The notes: a model not told the origin generated them from the sequence alone. A stretch of 64,000 nt of DNA from Octopus bimaculoides (GCF_001194135.2 NC_068993.1:10550811-10614810), one strand, 5' to 3'; positions 24,063 to 36,665 are shown, counted from the first letter of the stretch. Translations and numbers: made by a program.

Positions 24063-25706
24063 AAATATGAGTATACAGGTCTATTGTGAATGGAATATTT
24101 TCATAGGCATCACTTGTTCTCTCGCTCTCTCATGTATGTGTATATGTGTGTGTGCGTGCACACGTGGTTGTGTAAATACATAACTTGAAAGCTTATTAAC
24201 CAGAACTTCGATACATTAATGTCTTGCAGTATCAATATACTAATTCATTAAACTGGTTAACAGACTCTCACACTACTTATTTAACTAATACTATTTGTTA
24301 TATTATATTAATATGTTAATATCTCTAATAGCTTCTGAGGAAGCAGTAGTTTAGCCTACTGCTACTAAATGGTAAGAAGAGATTGGCTGGCTGTTTTGCT
24401 TCATAATAGCCATCGTCCAAGTAAGGAGAGGGTCTGTCTACTCTGTTGGATAATTAATAGCAGGAGAATGAGTATCAGAAGAATCAACTGTGCTATTCAA
24501 AGCTTCAAGTTGTTATCAGTGTCAGGTTGTTGAAAGAATACTGAAGAGTATGCAACATCAGCAAATGGCAGTGGTGAGAGTTGGATTATATGAGTTTCAT
24601 TATCAATGGAGACCGTTCCTAAGACATGGTTATAGGAAAATGGTGATGCCAGTATATATATATTAGTGCATATTTTTATATTGGAATAAAAACAATTTTA
24701 CATTAAATTGAAGAATTACTCAGTACATTTGGTAGAGTATAAATTTATCATTCTTCAACAAGAATAGTAAAGATAGTGATTTTGGAGTTTTAGTCAGCTA
24801 AGCCATTATCAGACTATATATATATGTAAGTCAGTAAATAGTGGGGTTGTGTTAACCGCACGTGGAGAAATAATAGGAAAATGAAGAATAAGGCAGAATG
24901 CTAAATTGGAAGCATATTTTAATAAAGATTTCTAACCGGCTTTCATTGTGAAGCAAATTTTCAAGAAGGAGAATGAAAATGTTTTTTTACAAAGAAGTAC
25001 AAAATGAAGAAAATAATATAAAAATAAAAATAATATATAAAAAAATAACTATACCAATACATTATATTGTCTTTGAGCTTTTGAAGTTCAATGGTAGTTG
25101 ATGTATATAATGGTTGGAAAAATAAGGATGCATGAGAATTNNNNNNNNNNNNNNNNNNNNNNNNNNNNNNNNNNNNNNNNNNNNNNNNNNNNNNNNNNNN
25201 NNNNNNNNNNNNNNNNNNNNNNNNNNNNNNNNNNNNNNNNNNNNNNNNNNNNNNNNNNNNNNNNNNNNNNNNNNNNNNNNNNNNNNNNNNNNNNNNNNNN
25301 NNNNNNNNNNNNNNNNNNNNNNNNNNNNNNNNNNNNNNNNNNNNNNNNNNNNNNNNNNNNNNNNNNNNNNNNNNNNNNNNNNNNNNNNNNNNNNNNNNNN
25401 NNNNNNNNNNNNNNNNNNNNNNNNNNNNNNNNNNNNNNNNNNNNNNNNNNNNNNNNNNNNNNNNNNNNNNNNNNNNNNNNNNNNNNNNNNNNNNNNNNNN
25501 NNNNNNNNNNNNNNNNNNNNNNNNNNNNNNNNNNNNNNNNNNNNNNNNNNNNNNNNNNNNNNNNNNNNNNNNNNNNNNNNNNNNNNNNNNNNNNNNNNNN
25601 NNNNNNNNNNNNNNNNNNNNNNNNNNNNNNNNNNNNNNNNNNNNNNNNNNNNNNNNNNNNNNNNNNNNNNNNNNNNNNNNNNNNNNNNNNNNNNNNNNNN
25701 NNNNNN

Positions 25707-25754
<48 letters not shown>

Positions 25755-26002
25755 ACACACGTGTATATATTTTCCACAATTTACAATGAAGAATTAAATC
25801 CCAAATAAACTAAAATACACACACACACAAACCCACACAAATATACACACCCCAACACCCTCATACACAAGCACATAGAAAGTGGTTCAACCAAAACGTA
25901 CTTCTTTCAAATTTAGTTCTCAATATAAGATGTGAGTGTAGAGTTTTATATTCTTTTATTATTCAGAACTTAGCACAATGTATGTTTCAATAAATGTCTT
26001 AC

Positions 26003-26045
26003 CAACATAAGACTTGTTTGAAATGAACATTGAGCCGATCTACTG
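26003..26045 (-). CDS. Candidate isolated exon
   Basis: ccttaccatttaacag| ... TTG|gtaaga, reads VDRLNVHFKQVLC (or SRSAQCSFQTSLML). Confidence 0.2.
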
Positions 26046-26599
26046 CTGTTAAATGGTAAGGTTAAAAATGTATTAAAAGTTTTTTTTTACATTCATATAT
26101 TTTTTGTGTGATTAAAACAAATTCAACTTTTTATCATAAGAGGAAATATTTTTTGTTCTATGTTTTCATATGTGTGAAAAGAAAAATACAACAATATGTT
26201 TTCACAGAATAAATGCTTTTGTATTACAGTTTAATTGAAAATATATTGTTGTATATATTCATAGAATTATCAGAAAATAAAAAAAAAGAGAAACATATAT
26301 AAAAATATAAAATACTAATTACCTTTTGTTTTTCTGTTTGTGTTTTGTTTTTGAGCTTTTTGTTTGATTTTTTTTTTATAACAAAAACAAAAAAGTATTT
26401 ATTACCTGCAAAAAAAAAAAAGAAAAACAATTTCATTAGAGAAAATATATAAATTTAAGAATGATTTTTATCAACAATTATTCTGTAGAAAAAAATTACT
26501 AACAGTCACTTCTACTTTCCTGCAGCAACCAATTTTCATTCTTTTATGTTTACTTGGGGTTCTCTTGCATCTCTATTTCAACAAGTATGAAAAAATCTG

Positions 26600-26640
26600 T
26601 GTCACTGATGAGGTCATCACAAGACTGAAACATGTCTGGA
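26600..26640 (+). ncRNA. Minimal type I hammerhead ribozyme motif with canonical core
   Basis: UCA CUGAUGA GGUC-(7 nt)-GACU GAA ACAUGU C UGG: palindromic stem III, GUC triplet, stem I only about 3 bp. Confidence 0.65.
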
Positions 26641-27152
26641 GTCATCTCCCATATTTACAGAAATAATAATAAAAAAAAAAACAAGCATTAGTCAATTACT
26701 AGTTCTGTCTTGTTTTTTTTGCCTCATCAATTATTATTTATGTATTTAAAAATTTTTTAATGCTCAGGACATTATGTTAACATTAACTCAACTATTGTCA
26801 TTCTATACCAAAGATAGTTTGGATAGATGTATCATTAGAGTATTGGATTACAAGAAAATGGTCAGTAGTTCACATCCTGTTACTGATAATACATTAGGTC
26901 AATTAAATATATAAATATTAAGGAAGCTATTGTTACGAAGATGACAATTTCCTATTGAACTCATTTCAGAGAGCGTGTTACTATTACCTTGCTCTGATAT
27001 CATGTGACAGTCACAAACGAGTGTCTGCCACTATCATGCATCTAGTGTCCTTTCGTTTTCAACGTTTTTTGAAAAACATGTCTAGTCATGGGGAAATGTT
27101 ACCTTATGTGGAAACAGGTGAGGGCTGCTGACAGGAAGGACATCTGGCTATA

Positions 27153-27204
<52 letters not shown>

Positions 27205-27205
27205 G

Positions 27206-27254
<49 letters not shown>

Positions 27255-27730
27255 CACAGGAATGGATGTGTGGTAAGTAGCTTGCTTACCAGCCACATGG
27301 TTCTGGGTTCAGTACCACTGCGTGGCACCTTGGACAAGTGTCTTCTACTATAGGCTCGGACCGACCAAAGCCTTGTGAGTGGATTCGGTAGATGGAAACT
27401 GAAAGAAGTCTGTCTTATATATATATATCGTCATCGTCGTTTAACGTCCGCTTTCCATGCTAGCCTGGGTTGGACGATTTGACTGAGGACTGGTGAACCA
27501 GGTGGCTACACCAGGCTCATATATATATAATTTATTTATGTGTTTGTCCCCACCACCATCGCTTGATAACCAATGTCGGTGTGTTTACATCCCTGTAACT
27601 TGGCAGTTCGGCAAAAGAGACTGATAGAATAAGTACTAGGCTTACAAAGAATAAGTCCTGGGGTTGATCTGTTTGACTAAAGGCAGTGCTCCAGTATGGC
27701 CGCAGTCAAATGACAAACAAATAAAAGAAT
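27255..27730 (+). mobile_element. Full-length SINE family A with an RTE tail nested in its internal (TA)n (27428-27518, minus)
   Basis: Head 27255-27415, nested cgtttaacgtccgctttccatgctagc..., tail resumes gtgtttgtccccaccaccatcgcttg...ccgcagtcaaatgac. Confidence 0.9.
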
Positions 27731-28049
27731 ACCCAGGCCCATTTCCCACAACAAGAAACACACCAGGCATTCCATTCATTTCCCAGCTCAAAGGAGTGAG
27801 CCCCGTTCTATGCTCAGGTCAAGGCATAGAAAACCTACCTGAACAAATTCCACCTAACTCATGCAAGCATGGAAAAGTAGACGTTAAAATGATGATGGTG
27901 ATAAAAACAAGACAATTGATAATTACAAACACACTTAACAGTTTCGTTTTGAAAGAACTAAAATTGCTACCAAACTATTGCCCCCCCTCCCCCCGCCCTC
28001 TCTGTACGAAGCAACCTGCATTGAATGACAACAACACCAATAATGACTA

Positions 28050-28426
28050 TATTAAAGATATATTAGAAATAGTAGTGGCGGTGGTATTGGTGGCAGTAAT
28101 AGTGGCAGTAGTAGTAGTGACGGTGGCAGTAACAGTAGTGGTGGTAGTGGCTGTAGTAGTAGTGGTGGTGAAGGTGGAAGTAACAGTGGTGGTAGTAGTA
28201 GTAGTAGTAGTAGGTGGCAGAAACAGTGGTAGTAGTAGTAGAGGTTGTGGTGGTAGTGGTGGTGAAAGTGGAAGTAGCAATAGTGGTAGTGAAAGTGGAA
28301 GTAGCAGTAGTGGTAGTGAAAGTGGAAGTAGCAGTAGTGGTAGTGAAGGTGGAAGTAGCAGTAGTGGTAGTGGTGGTGGTAGTAGTGGTGGTGGTGGTAG
28401 TAGTGGTGGTAGTAGTGGTGGTGGTG

Positions 28427-28474
<48 letters not shown>

Positions 28475-28495
28475 ACAACAACAGCATGTGCTGGA
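28050..28495. repeat. Compound (GGT/AGT)n low-complexity tract with 24-bp sub-units gaaagtggaagtagcagtagtggt(agt)
   Basis: Visible. It produces the V/G/S-rich spurious ORFs. Confidence 0.95.
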
Positions 28496-28993
28496 ATGTT
28501 TTGGTCTTCATTATTTAAAAAGAATCCTAAGAAACAAGTCACACAAATCTAATGCTTCCTGTTGTCTTGTCATGTGATCTTAGGTCAGTCCTGATCAAGG
28601 ATTCCTATGTCAAGCTGAGAGTTGTTTCAATGACTTGGTATGTGTGAGACAGAGATCTATTGTTTCTGTTACACCATAAACACTGTGACAAGCTGAGAAG
28701 AGTCACATGGGGTATAATGTGAGTGTTTGGATGTGTAGTAGTCTCTTCCCTGTTTAGTTTGTTTTTGGTCCTCTGTCATGGTGTTGTTTTGATCCTACTC
28801 AGCCCTGGCCTAGTAGACCTCCTCCACATCATCATTGTTTTAACACTTTTGATACCAACTTGGTTGAAACTGCCTCTGTAGTACAAATGTCTTGTTTTCA
28901 TAAGTTTTGAATTAAAATCTTCCACCAAACCTTAGTCACAATTTATGTTCTTAACATCAGCTTAATGATAACATTTCACTAAATTTTATTATA

Positions 28994-29156
28994 GGCACAG
29001 GAGTGGATGTGTGGTAAGTAGCTTGCTTACCAACCACATGGTTCTGGGTTCAGTCCCACTGTGTGGCACCTTGGGGAAGTGTCTTCTACTATAGCCTCGG
29101 GCTGACCAAAGCCTTGTGAGTGGATTTGCTAGACGGAAACTGAAAGAAGCCCATCG

Positions 29157-29160
<4 letters not shown>
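28994..29160 (+). mobile_element. SINE family A, 5' half
   Basis: ggcacaggagtggatgtgtggtaagtagcttgcttacc...gaaagaagcccatcg(ta)n. Confidence 0.9.
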
Positions 29161-29184
<24 letters not shown>

Positions 29185-29187
<3 letters not shown>

Positions 29188-29350
29188 TCATCATCATCAT
29201 CGTTTAACGTCCGCTTTCCATGCTAGCATGGGTTGGACGATTTGACTGAGGACTGGTGAAACCGGATGGCAACACCAGGCTCCAGTCTGATTTGGCAGAG
29301 TTTCTACAGCTGGATGCCCTTCCTAACGCCAACCACTCAGAGAGTGTAGT
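29185..29350 (-). mobile_element. RTE-LINE 3' terminal fragment inside (TA)n
   Basis: (ta)n-(cat)n-cgtttaacgtccgc...ccactcagagagtgtagt-(ta)n. Confidence 0.9.
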
Positions 29351-31384
29351 TATATATATATATATATATATATTTCTTGTATCAACATCAGTAGTAGTGT
29401 TGTAGACACATCATTGCCTCATTATAGTGAAATAAAATCTGCCTCATTCAGTTTGAAAATCCTGTACCAGTGTATTCTGTAAATATTCATTTGGAACGAT
29501 AAATGATAGGAGACACTATAGAAAGACTGTATAGATACTGGTTGGAGTGCAGTACCCTTTCCTGTAGAAGCTGAATGCAGGGACTTTATTGGGATGGTGG
29601 CTGCTATCAATTGATGTCCAACACTGGCAAATAAATACCATCTTGAAGGAGAGGAACAGTCATTGGATATGACTAAAAACAGAATGATGAAACCTGTTGG
29701 AGAGGTGATGATCCTGAAGTGGACGCGGTCAAATACTAGTCGGTCAAAACAGTAGGTGGGGGTCTCACATTAGTGAAGCAGGGGTCAATGCGCTGTAAAG
29801 CTGTCAAGAGGAGGTCCCCAAAATGGTGCGCATTCTCTCCTGATGACCCTGAAACCAACTGCCATCCAGTATGCGGAGTCTTTGACTGATTGCATTTGCA
29901 CTAGCAAGCTGATACCAAGTTTCTCTAAACTGGATGAACTAAGAAACCTGTGGTAGTAGTAGTAGTAGTAGCTTCTAGTATTCTAGTTTTGTTGCAGTAA
30001 TATAAGAAGAAAATGTAATACTTTCTTAAATGAATCCATAAGATTTTAATATTAGACATTATGAGAATTGATTCAAGATAAAATCAGAGTAAAAGACCCA
30101 CTGACCATCCCTGGATCAGTTGCTCTTTTCTGTCTCAAATCGATGGTTGTAATGGCTAATATTAATTCCATTAATGTTCAAAGCTTGCATTCACATGAAC
30201 AGAGAAAACTGTTACGACCGGAGACATATATAAGAATAAGTTAAGTTAGGTGATCTTTATCACCATCTTAAGTGTGGAGTTTATGCAAAGACATTGCTTT
30301 GATTAAAGATACAAGTGAGCGTGAGGTTATTTGGGTGATCTTATGTTAACTTCAGAGTTGATGCAGTACATATAATATCACCAAACAATCAGCTTCTTTT
30401 CTTTCCTTTTATTACTTTCGTTTGCTTTTATTAACTGAAAGCTTTTAACAGTGAATTAACAAACTCACAATATAAAAATGAATGAGAGAGGAAATTTAAG
30501 ATTTCAGAAGTTAATAAAAATGCCACTGGCACGATATTTACCAAGTGTCAAAATCCTCTGGAAACTAATTTCACAAAGAATTAATCCAGTCCAAATGACA
30601 AAATTAATAAACGGGTTGCTTAAAATAAGCTTAAAATAAATCTTTTTTTCTTTTGCATTTTATGAGATGGGACAAACTTTCCCAATGTTATTGGTTTAAC
30701 CTAGTTTGTTAAATAACAGGTTCTAAGCAATGAATAAAAAAAAATATCGTGGTTTAGCAGTTTTTCATAGATTAGATTCTGCTTTCAATTTAACCAATAT
30801 TTCATGATCTCTATTATACAGAATCATAATGGGCAACACGATAAAGTAACACATAGAATTAGCCAGGATTTGAACCAAAGATTAGGGGTCCCGGTTATTT
30901 AAGTATATCCACAATTAGCCATCTAATTTAATCTTTCATTTTTCACGTGTTACTGTGGCCATGCTGGAGTATTGCCTTGAAGAGTTCAGTTGAACAAATT
31001 TACCCCAGAACCTTTTTTTTTTGTTTTTACCTTTGTATCTTATTCTATTAGTCTTTTTTGTCTGTGTGGCTAATAAAGAAATCTATTACAAAAGAAAAAT
31101 AGTCAACTAATTACATCATATATCAAGGAAGTATTCTTAATTCTAATACAGATTGTTTCTAGTCATTTGTGCATGTACACGCACATGCATGCACGCATAC
31201 ACACCCTTATTAACATTTTACTTCCATTTTTCCATGCTAACATGTATTAAATGAATCTTCTGCTTCTTGCTGTTTCACCACTTATAACCTTCATCTTTTC
31301 CTTTGTGAGGTCCAGCATTCTCAGGTCAGCCTTCACTACTATTTCTCATGCCTAGTTCTGTCTTAAGCCATGGGCACAATGGAC

Positions 31385-31765
31385 AGTTACCTAGGGACCT
31401 CTTGGATCTAGGGGCCCAAGTATGATCTATGTATGCCATGGTTTGCTGGCAATATATACTACAGGGCCACGTGCAATGATTTTCTGAGGGGCTGCGAGGG
31501 TCTGGGACCCAATTCTGATCTATGCATGCTATGACTTTCTGTCAATAAATAAATAAATATAGGGAGTAGCTCAATGATTTTCCTGGGGGGCCTCACGAGT
31601 CTAGAATCCAATTCTGATCTATGTATGCTATGCCTTGCTGTCAATAGATAATTACAACGGGGCCCAGTGCATTGAACTATGGTCAAATTCTCATCTCTAT
31701 ATGCTGTAGCTTGCTATCAATAAATAAATGCCATTGGGCCCAGTGCATTGATTTGCCTAGGGGTT
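31385..31765. repeat. Degenerate tandem repeat, ~90-100 bp x 4
   Basis: Recurring caattctgatctatgtatgctatg, tgtcaataaata and ggggcccagtgcaatga blocks. Confidence 0.7.
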
Positions 31766-31779
31766 TTTAATGCTCCCAA

Positions 31780-31950
31780 GATAGTTCCCCTCATGTCTTC
31801 CTTGTACATATTGTTCTACAGGTTTTTTGTACATGTTTTCATCGATCCATTGTCACTTAATTATCATTGTTCATATGCATCACATGAATATACAAATGAA
31901 GTCTTCTCTCTTGCACACTGTAGCTGATTTCTCTGGGGCTCATTTTTTTT
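31780..31950 (-). pseudogene. Old RTE ORF2 C-terminal remnant
   Basis: EISYSVQERRLHLYIHVMHMNND...KTCRTICTRKT*GE aligns by eye with the 7410-7640 peptide. Confidence 0.6.
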
Positions 31951-32419
31951 TCTCGGATCATCTATGTTTTAACATTTATGCGTATTGAAATTACACATCC
32001 AGTGAAGCACGCCCACTTCATTTCTTTCCAGTCTTTGCACATTCTTTGCATTTGGTGCTCTTAGATACCACTGAACACATACATACACACACACACACAC
32101 TGTAAAGTGGTTGGCATCAGCAAAAGTATCCAGCTGTAGAAAACATGAAACCATGCTAAAGTGATTTGGGGTGGGGGTCCTCACTGCCCTATTGGTTCAC
32201 TGACCCTGTCAAACTGTCTCAACTGATGCCAGCATGGAAAACAACTGCTAAATAATGATGATACATATGAATGTGTATGTCTGAGAATATGCACATACTT
32301 GTGAGGTAGTACTGACAAAAAATAGTTACAAAACAATGCACACACACACACACAAACACAAACATATTCCAAAACATGTTTAAAATGCTTATATATGCAT
32401 TTATAACACACACACACAC

Positions 32420-32467
<48 letters not shown>

Positions 32468-33129
32468 ATCAACCCTCACATCTGTTCTTAGGCTATTTTC
32501 CAAATTTGTAATTCTTTAAGGCACGTATTAACATTAGTTTTAATTACCTCCCTTAGCTAAATGTTTTCCCAGGAAAACATTTAGCAAAGCAATGATTTGT
32601 AATTGACTTGTATTCACTTGTATGTATGTATGTGCACACACAACCACGCATGCCCCCACACAAACACATGCAAGCATCACACAGATGTATACAAAACACC
32701 CTCATTTATTACATCACTGGTGCATCCTCCGCTCTTCCAAGCATCATTACAGATGGACATTTCAAAACATTTTACTCAGTTGGTGCCATAGATATAACAC
32801 CGACCACACCAGCACCACCCACCTACCCTCACGCAAATACAATTCCTCACCAAATTACCCTGCCACCACCCAAAAAATTTCAAGAAAACGAAACAAGGTA
32901 CAAAATCTGAAGAATTAACTTAAGGATAATTTTTTTCTTTTGTTGTTTCTTTTTTCTTGAAGCTTTGGTAAATAATCATCCGAGTAATTCAAGTGAAACA
33001 GCTTTTTTTTATGTTTAAGTGTGTCTGAAATCTGGGATTACCATTAACTTCTCTCAATAGCTATTTACAACAACATCTTGGCATCAATGCATTTTTCTAC
33101 ATCTGCTAGGTCATTTCATCACATTCCGT

Positions 33130-33400
33130 CGTCACCATCATGAGCACCATCATCATCACCATTATTATCATCATCATCATCACACTGCCACCGCCGCCAC
33201 CACCACCACCACCACCATCATCATCATTACCACCATCATCATCATCATCATCATTATTATCATCACCATCATCACAATCCCATCACTATCATCATCATCA
33301 CATTGCTACCACCACCACCATCATCATCACCATAATCCCATCACTATCATCATCATCACACTGCTACCACCATCACCATCATCATCATCATCATCGTCGT
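33130..33400. repeat. (CAT/CAC)n low-complexity tract
   Basis: Visible. Confidence 0.9.
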
Positions 33401-33659
33401 CATCCTCATTATTCCAACCCTTGGCCTTACCATTGCATTGTTCATCATAATGATTCTTACTCTTCCTCATTCTCATCATCTAGTTTTATCATTATCACCA
33501 CCATAAAGCTTTAGCTGCACCTTTCCTTTACTCTGCCTCTTCCTTCTCTTTATAGTAATTTAATTCCATCCTTACCTCTTTCACCACTACCCCCTCGCAG
33601 CAGCAATCCCACCACCATCACCATCATCATCATCATCAACAGGTTTTATTGCTATACAA

Positions 33660-33900
33660 CAAGCCCGTCGTATATATATATATATATATATATATGTTTG
33701 TATATGTTTGTGTGTCTGTTTGTCCCACCACCATTGCTTGACAATCGATGTTGGTGTGTTTACGTCGCTGTAACTTAGCGGTTCATCAAAAGCAACTGAT
33801 AGAATAAGTGCTAGGCTCACAAAGAATAAGTCCTGGGGTCGATTTGTTTGACTAAAGGTGGTGCTCCAGTATGGCCGCAGTCAAATGACTGAAACAAAAG
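33660..33900 (+). mobile_element. SINE family A, 3' half
   Basis: aagcccgtcg(ta)n...ggtgctccagtatggccgcagtcaaatgactgaaac. Confidence 0.85.
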
Positions 33901-33907
33901 AATATAC

Positions 33908-33969
<62 letters not shown>

Positions 33970-34717
33970 GCCCTTTCAGAGAAACTCAGTCTTTCCTGAT
34001 TGGCATATGACATTGACATAGGAACTGTTGCCAGAGCAATCCATGCCATATTCAACATTCAACAAGCGACGTTGTGCAAGTGTCAAAGATTATTATGCAA
34101 ATAATTCATCAGATCAATACAGAATCATACGATATTTTATGCTCTCAACTAATGACTCATGTCTTCATAGCATTGTCTCAGCTGATTTTTTTTCTTCATA
34201 TTCCTTATATTAATAAACTCTGGTCTACACCAGCTCTTGACAAGGATGTTTTTGAGAGACTTATGTATGATTAAGCCTACTTATTTATGACTTTCTCTTG
34301 AATACATACAACAGAGTATATATTATTATTATGGTAATTTGTTGGGTATTTTTTTTTTTGTCACTTGGTAGAGGCATAATTAATTGAATCAGTTCTTGTA
34401 TGAGTTCCTGCTTTATCAAGTGTTTTGAGTATCATTTATCTGGAGCAGGCCTGACCAACTTGAATTACATTGTGGGCCACTTTAATCACAAAGGTTTTTC
34501 AGGGCCGCTTGTATACTGACAGAATTGAAAGCATTTTGCTTTCTCGTGCTATTATTACAATAATGAATGAATGATCGTTGATTCAACATGAAATATTATT
34601 ATTGCAAAAACAGTAGTATCCTACTTTTTTGACTTTCCATTACAATCTTTAATTTTTGATATAATTTTTTTAATGTTTGTTTAAATAAACCCATTTCAAG
34701 AAAGTATCAAGCGCGCC

Positions 34718-34900
34718 GCAAGATAAAAGTCTGTGGTCCACAAAATAGAGGTCTGAGGGTTGCAAGATAAAAGTCTGTGGACTGCAAGTGTCTGAGGGTC
34801 GTAAGAGAATGAGGGCCGCAAGATAAAAGTCTACAGGACACAAGATAAAAGTCTGTAGGTTGCAAGGTAAAAGCTTGAGGGCTGCAGGATAAAAGTCTGC
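34718..34900. repeat. Short tandem units caagataaaagtctg (at least 5 copies)
   Basis: Visible. May be subterminal repeats of a DNA transposon starting caggcctgaccaac at ~34446. Confidence 0.7.
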
Positions 34901-35910
34901 AGGTCCATTTTCCAGAGGGATAGAAACGTGTTTTGCTGTAGAGGAGGTGCATAGTTAACCAGTCTGCTGGAGAGAGAGAGGGGGGAGGGAGAGAGAAGGT
35001 GGAAGAGAGCAAGAGGGTGAGAGTGCAAGAGAGAGTAGAAGAGAGATGGTGAAATGTCAGGACATACCGTCAAGGCATCAGAATATAAACGGGACGATAG
35101 AGTGTTACCAAGGGTACTGCACTTCACGCACACACGCATATATGTATTCTCAAATCTCTTGCACCTGTTCACGAGATATTTGATCTGTGGTCGTGGGTTC
35201 AGATCAAATTGCAATGCGTAAAAATTGTTGTGGTCATAGTTACCCGTGTACACTAGTGGGTATATTTTTACTAATCTTTTTTGTGAATCAATGTCATTCA
35301 TTGTATATTTACGATTTGTAAACTGATAGTCTCCTTCTCTGCATCTCAAAGATACTTTGTAAAATATTTTATTACAATGCAATGAAAGCAAAGGAATGTG
35401 AATATATGTTTTTAATACATGCAATGACTACCATGAAATTCAAGTTGTCCAACCATAACCATCCAGTCATTTTTACCTTCCAGTGTGTCCTTCCTTATTT
35501 TATGATAACAATGCATCCTTTAAAGAACATTTAGCTACTCTTTCTAGCTGACAGAGCAATCACCTATTCATCTCTTACTGTCTTGTTCAGTGACTGGTAT
35601 TTTGTACAAGGAACAAGATCAACTTGTTGACAAAGAAAACATGAAAATTGTTACAGCTAAAATTCATTACCTGTAAAATACTGAAAAATGAAATGCATTT
35701 TACTTCCATCTGTTCAATTTTATTCTTTTACTGGTTTCAATCATTTGACTGTGGCCATGCTGGAGCACCACCTCTAGTTGAACAAATCGACCTCAGGACT
35801 TATTCTTTGTAAGCCTAGTATTTATTCTATCGGTTTCTTTTGCCAAACTTCTAAGTTACAGGGATGAAAACACACCACCATCAGTTGTCAAACAATGGTG
35901 AAGGATATTA

Positions 35911-36190
35911 TTAACTCTGTCAAGGAAGGAGGTTACGTTTTCATTGGCGTTGGTTTGTCTGTCTGTGTGCAAAATAACTAAAAAAGTTGTGAACAGTATT
36001 TGATGGAACTTGCAGGAAAAGTTGGTAATGACACAATGAACAGATGATGAAATTTTGGTAGTGATCCAGGAATTTTTATAGATTCTTGAAGGATTTTTCA
36101 TTTGTCATATTTACTTTACATGAAGTATGTTACGTTCCTTGATTATCTCCCTTGAAAACGCACTGTTTCCATGTAACCTATGGTGGCATT
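35911..36190 (+). mobile_element. Helentron-associated/DINE-1-like non-autonomous element, 5' part
   Basis: caaggaaggaggttacgttttcattggcgttggttt(gtct)2gtgtgcaaaataact...aaattttggtagtgatcca: subterminal repeat plus (GTCT) core. Confidence 0.55.
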
Positions 36191-36534
36191 GCTGTTTAGA
36201 GACAGTGTTGATGATGACGATGGTTGAGATAAGTATGGGAGGAGGATGAAATAGTATCGGTGGTTATAATGGTGACAGGAGCAGTGTGATGTGTGATGCT
36301 GAGATGATGGTGGTAATAGTGGTGTTGATGATAGTGTTAGTTGTGTGGTGGTGGTGGTATTGCAGTGGTTACACTGGTTGTGGTGGTGAAAGCATTGATG
36401 GCCGTGTATGCGGTTGAAGTGGAAGCAATGACAATGCTGCTGATGATGATGCTGGTGGTTGTGAATTGCTTCAGATGATTCCTGTTTTTAAAGGGTGTTT
36501 TTTTCTTAAATTCATATGGCTGTGTTATTTTTTT

Positions 36535-36665
36535 TTACCCCCACCAAGGAGGTTATGTTTTTGCTGGCGTTGGTTTGAGAAATTGGGCTATCTTTAGCAT
36601 GTGTGTATATGGGTGGAAACGAGCTGCTTAGCAGAGGTCTGCACTGTCTGAGTGCCTTTCTAGTT
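36535..36665 (+). mobile_element. Short internally deleted Helentron-type element
   Basis: ttacccccaccaaggaggttatgtttt ... gcttagcagaggtct-gcactgtctgagtgc hairpin-ctttctagttt. Confidence 0.55.

Noticed and set aside
27664-28552. 284-aa and overlapping V/G/S/T-rich ORFs
   Set aside because: Translations of a (GGT/AGT)n tract preceded by SINE-derived sequence, open in several frames on both strands.
29840-29865. ctgatgaccctgaaac hammerhead-like string
   Set aside because: No room for stem II, and no stem I or III pairing.
29420-29960. Coding-like stretch with faint RTE/L2 similarity (ETW..., RLVFDRV)
   Set aside because: Motifs fall in different frames and are not convincing without a search.
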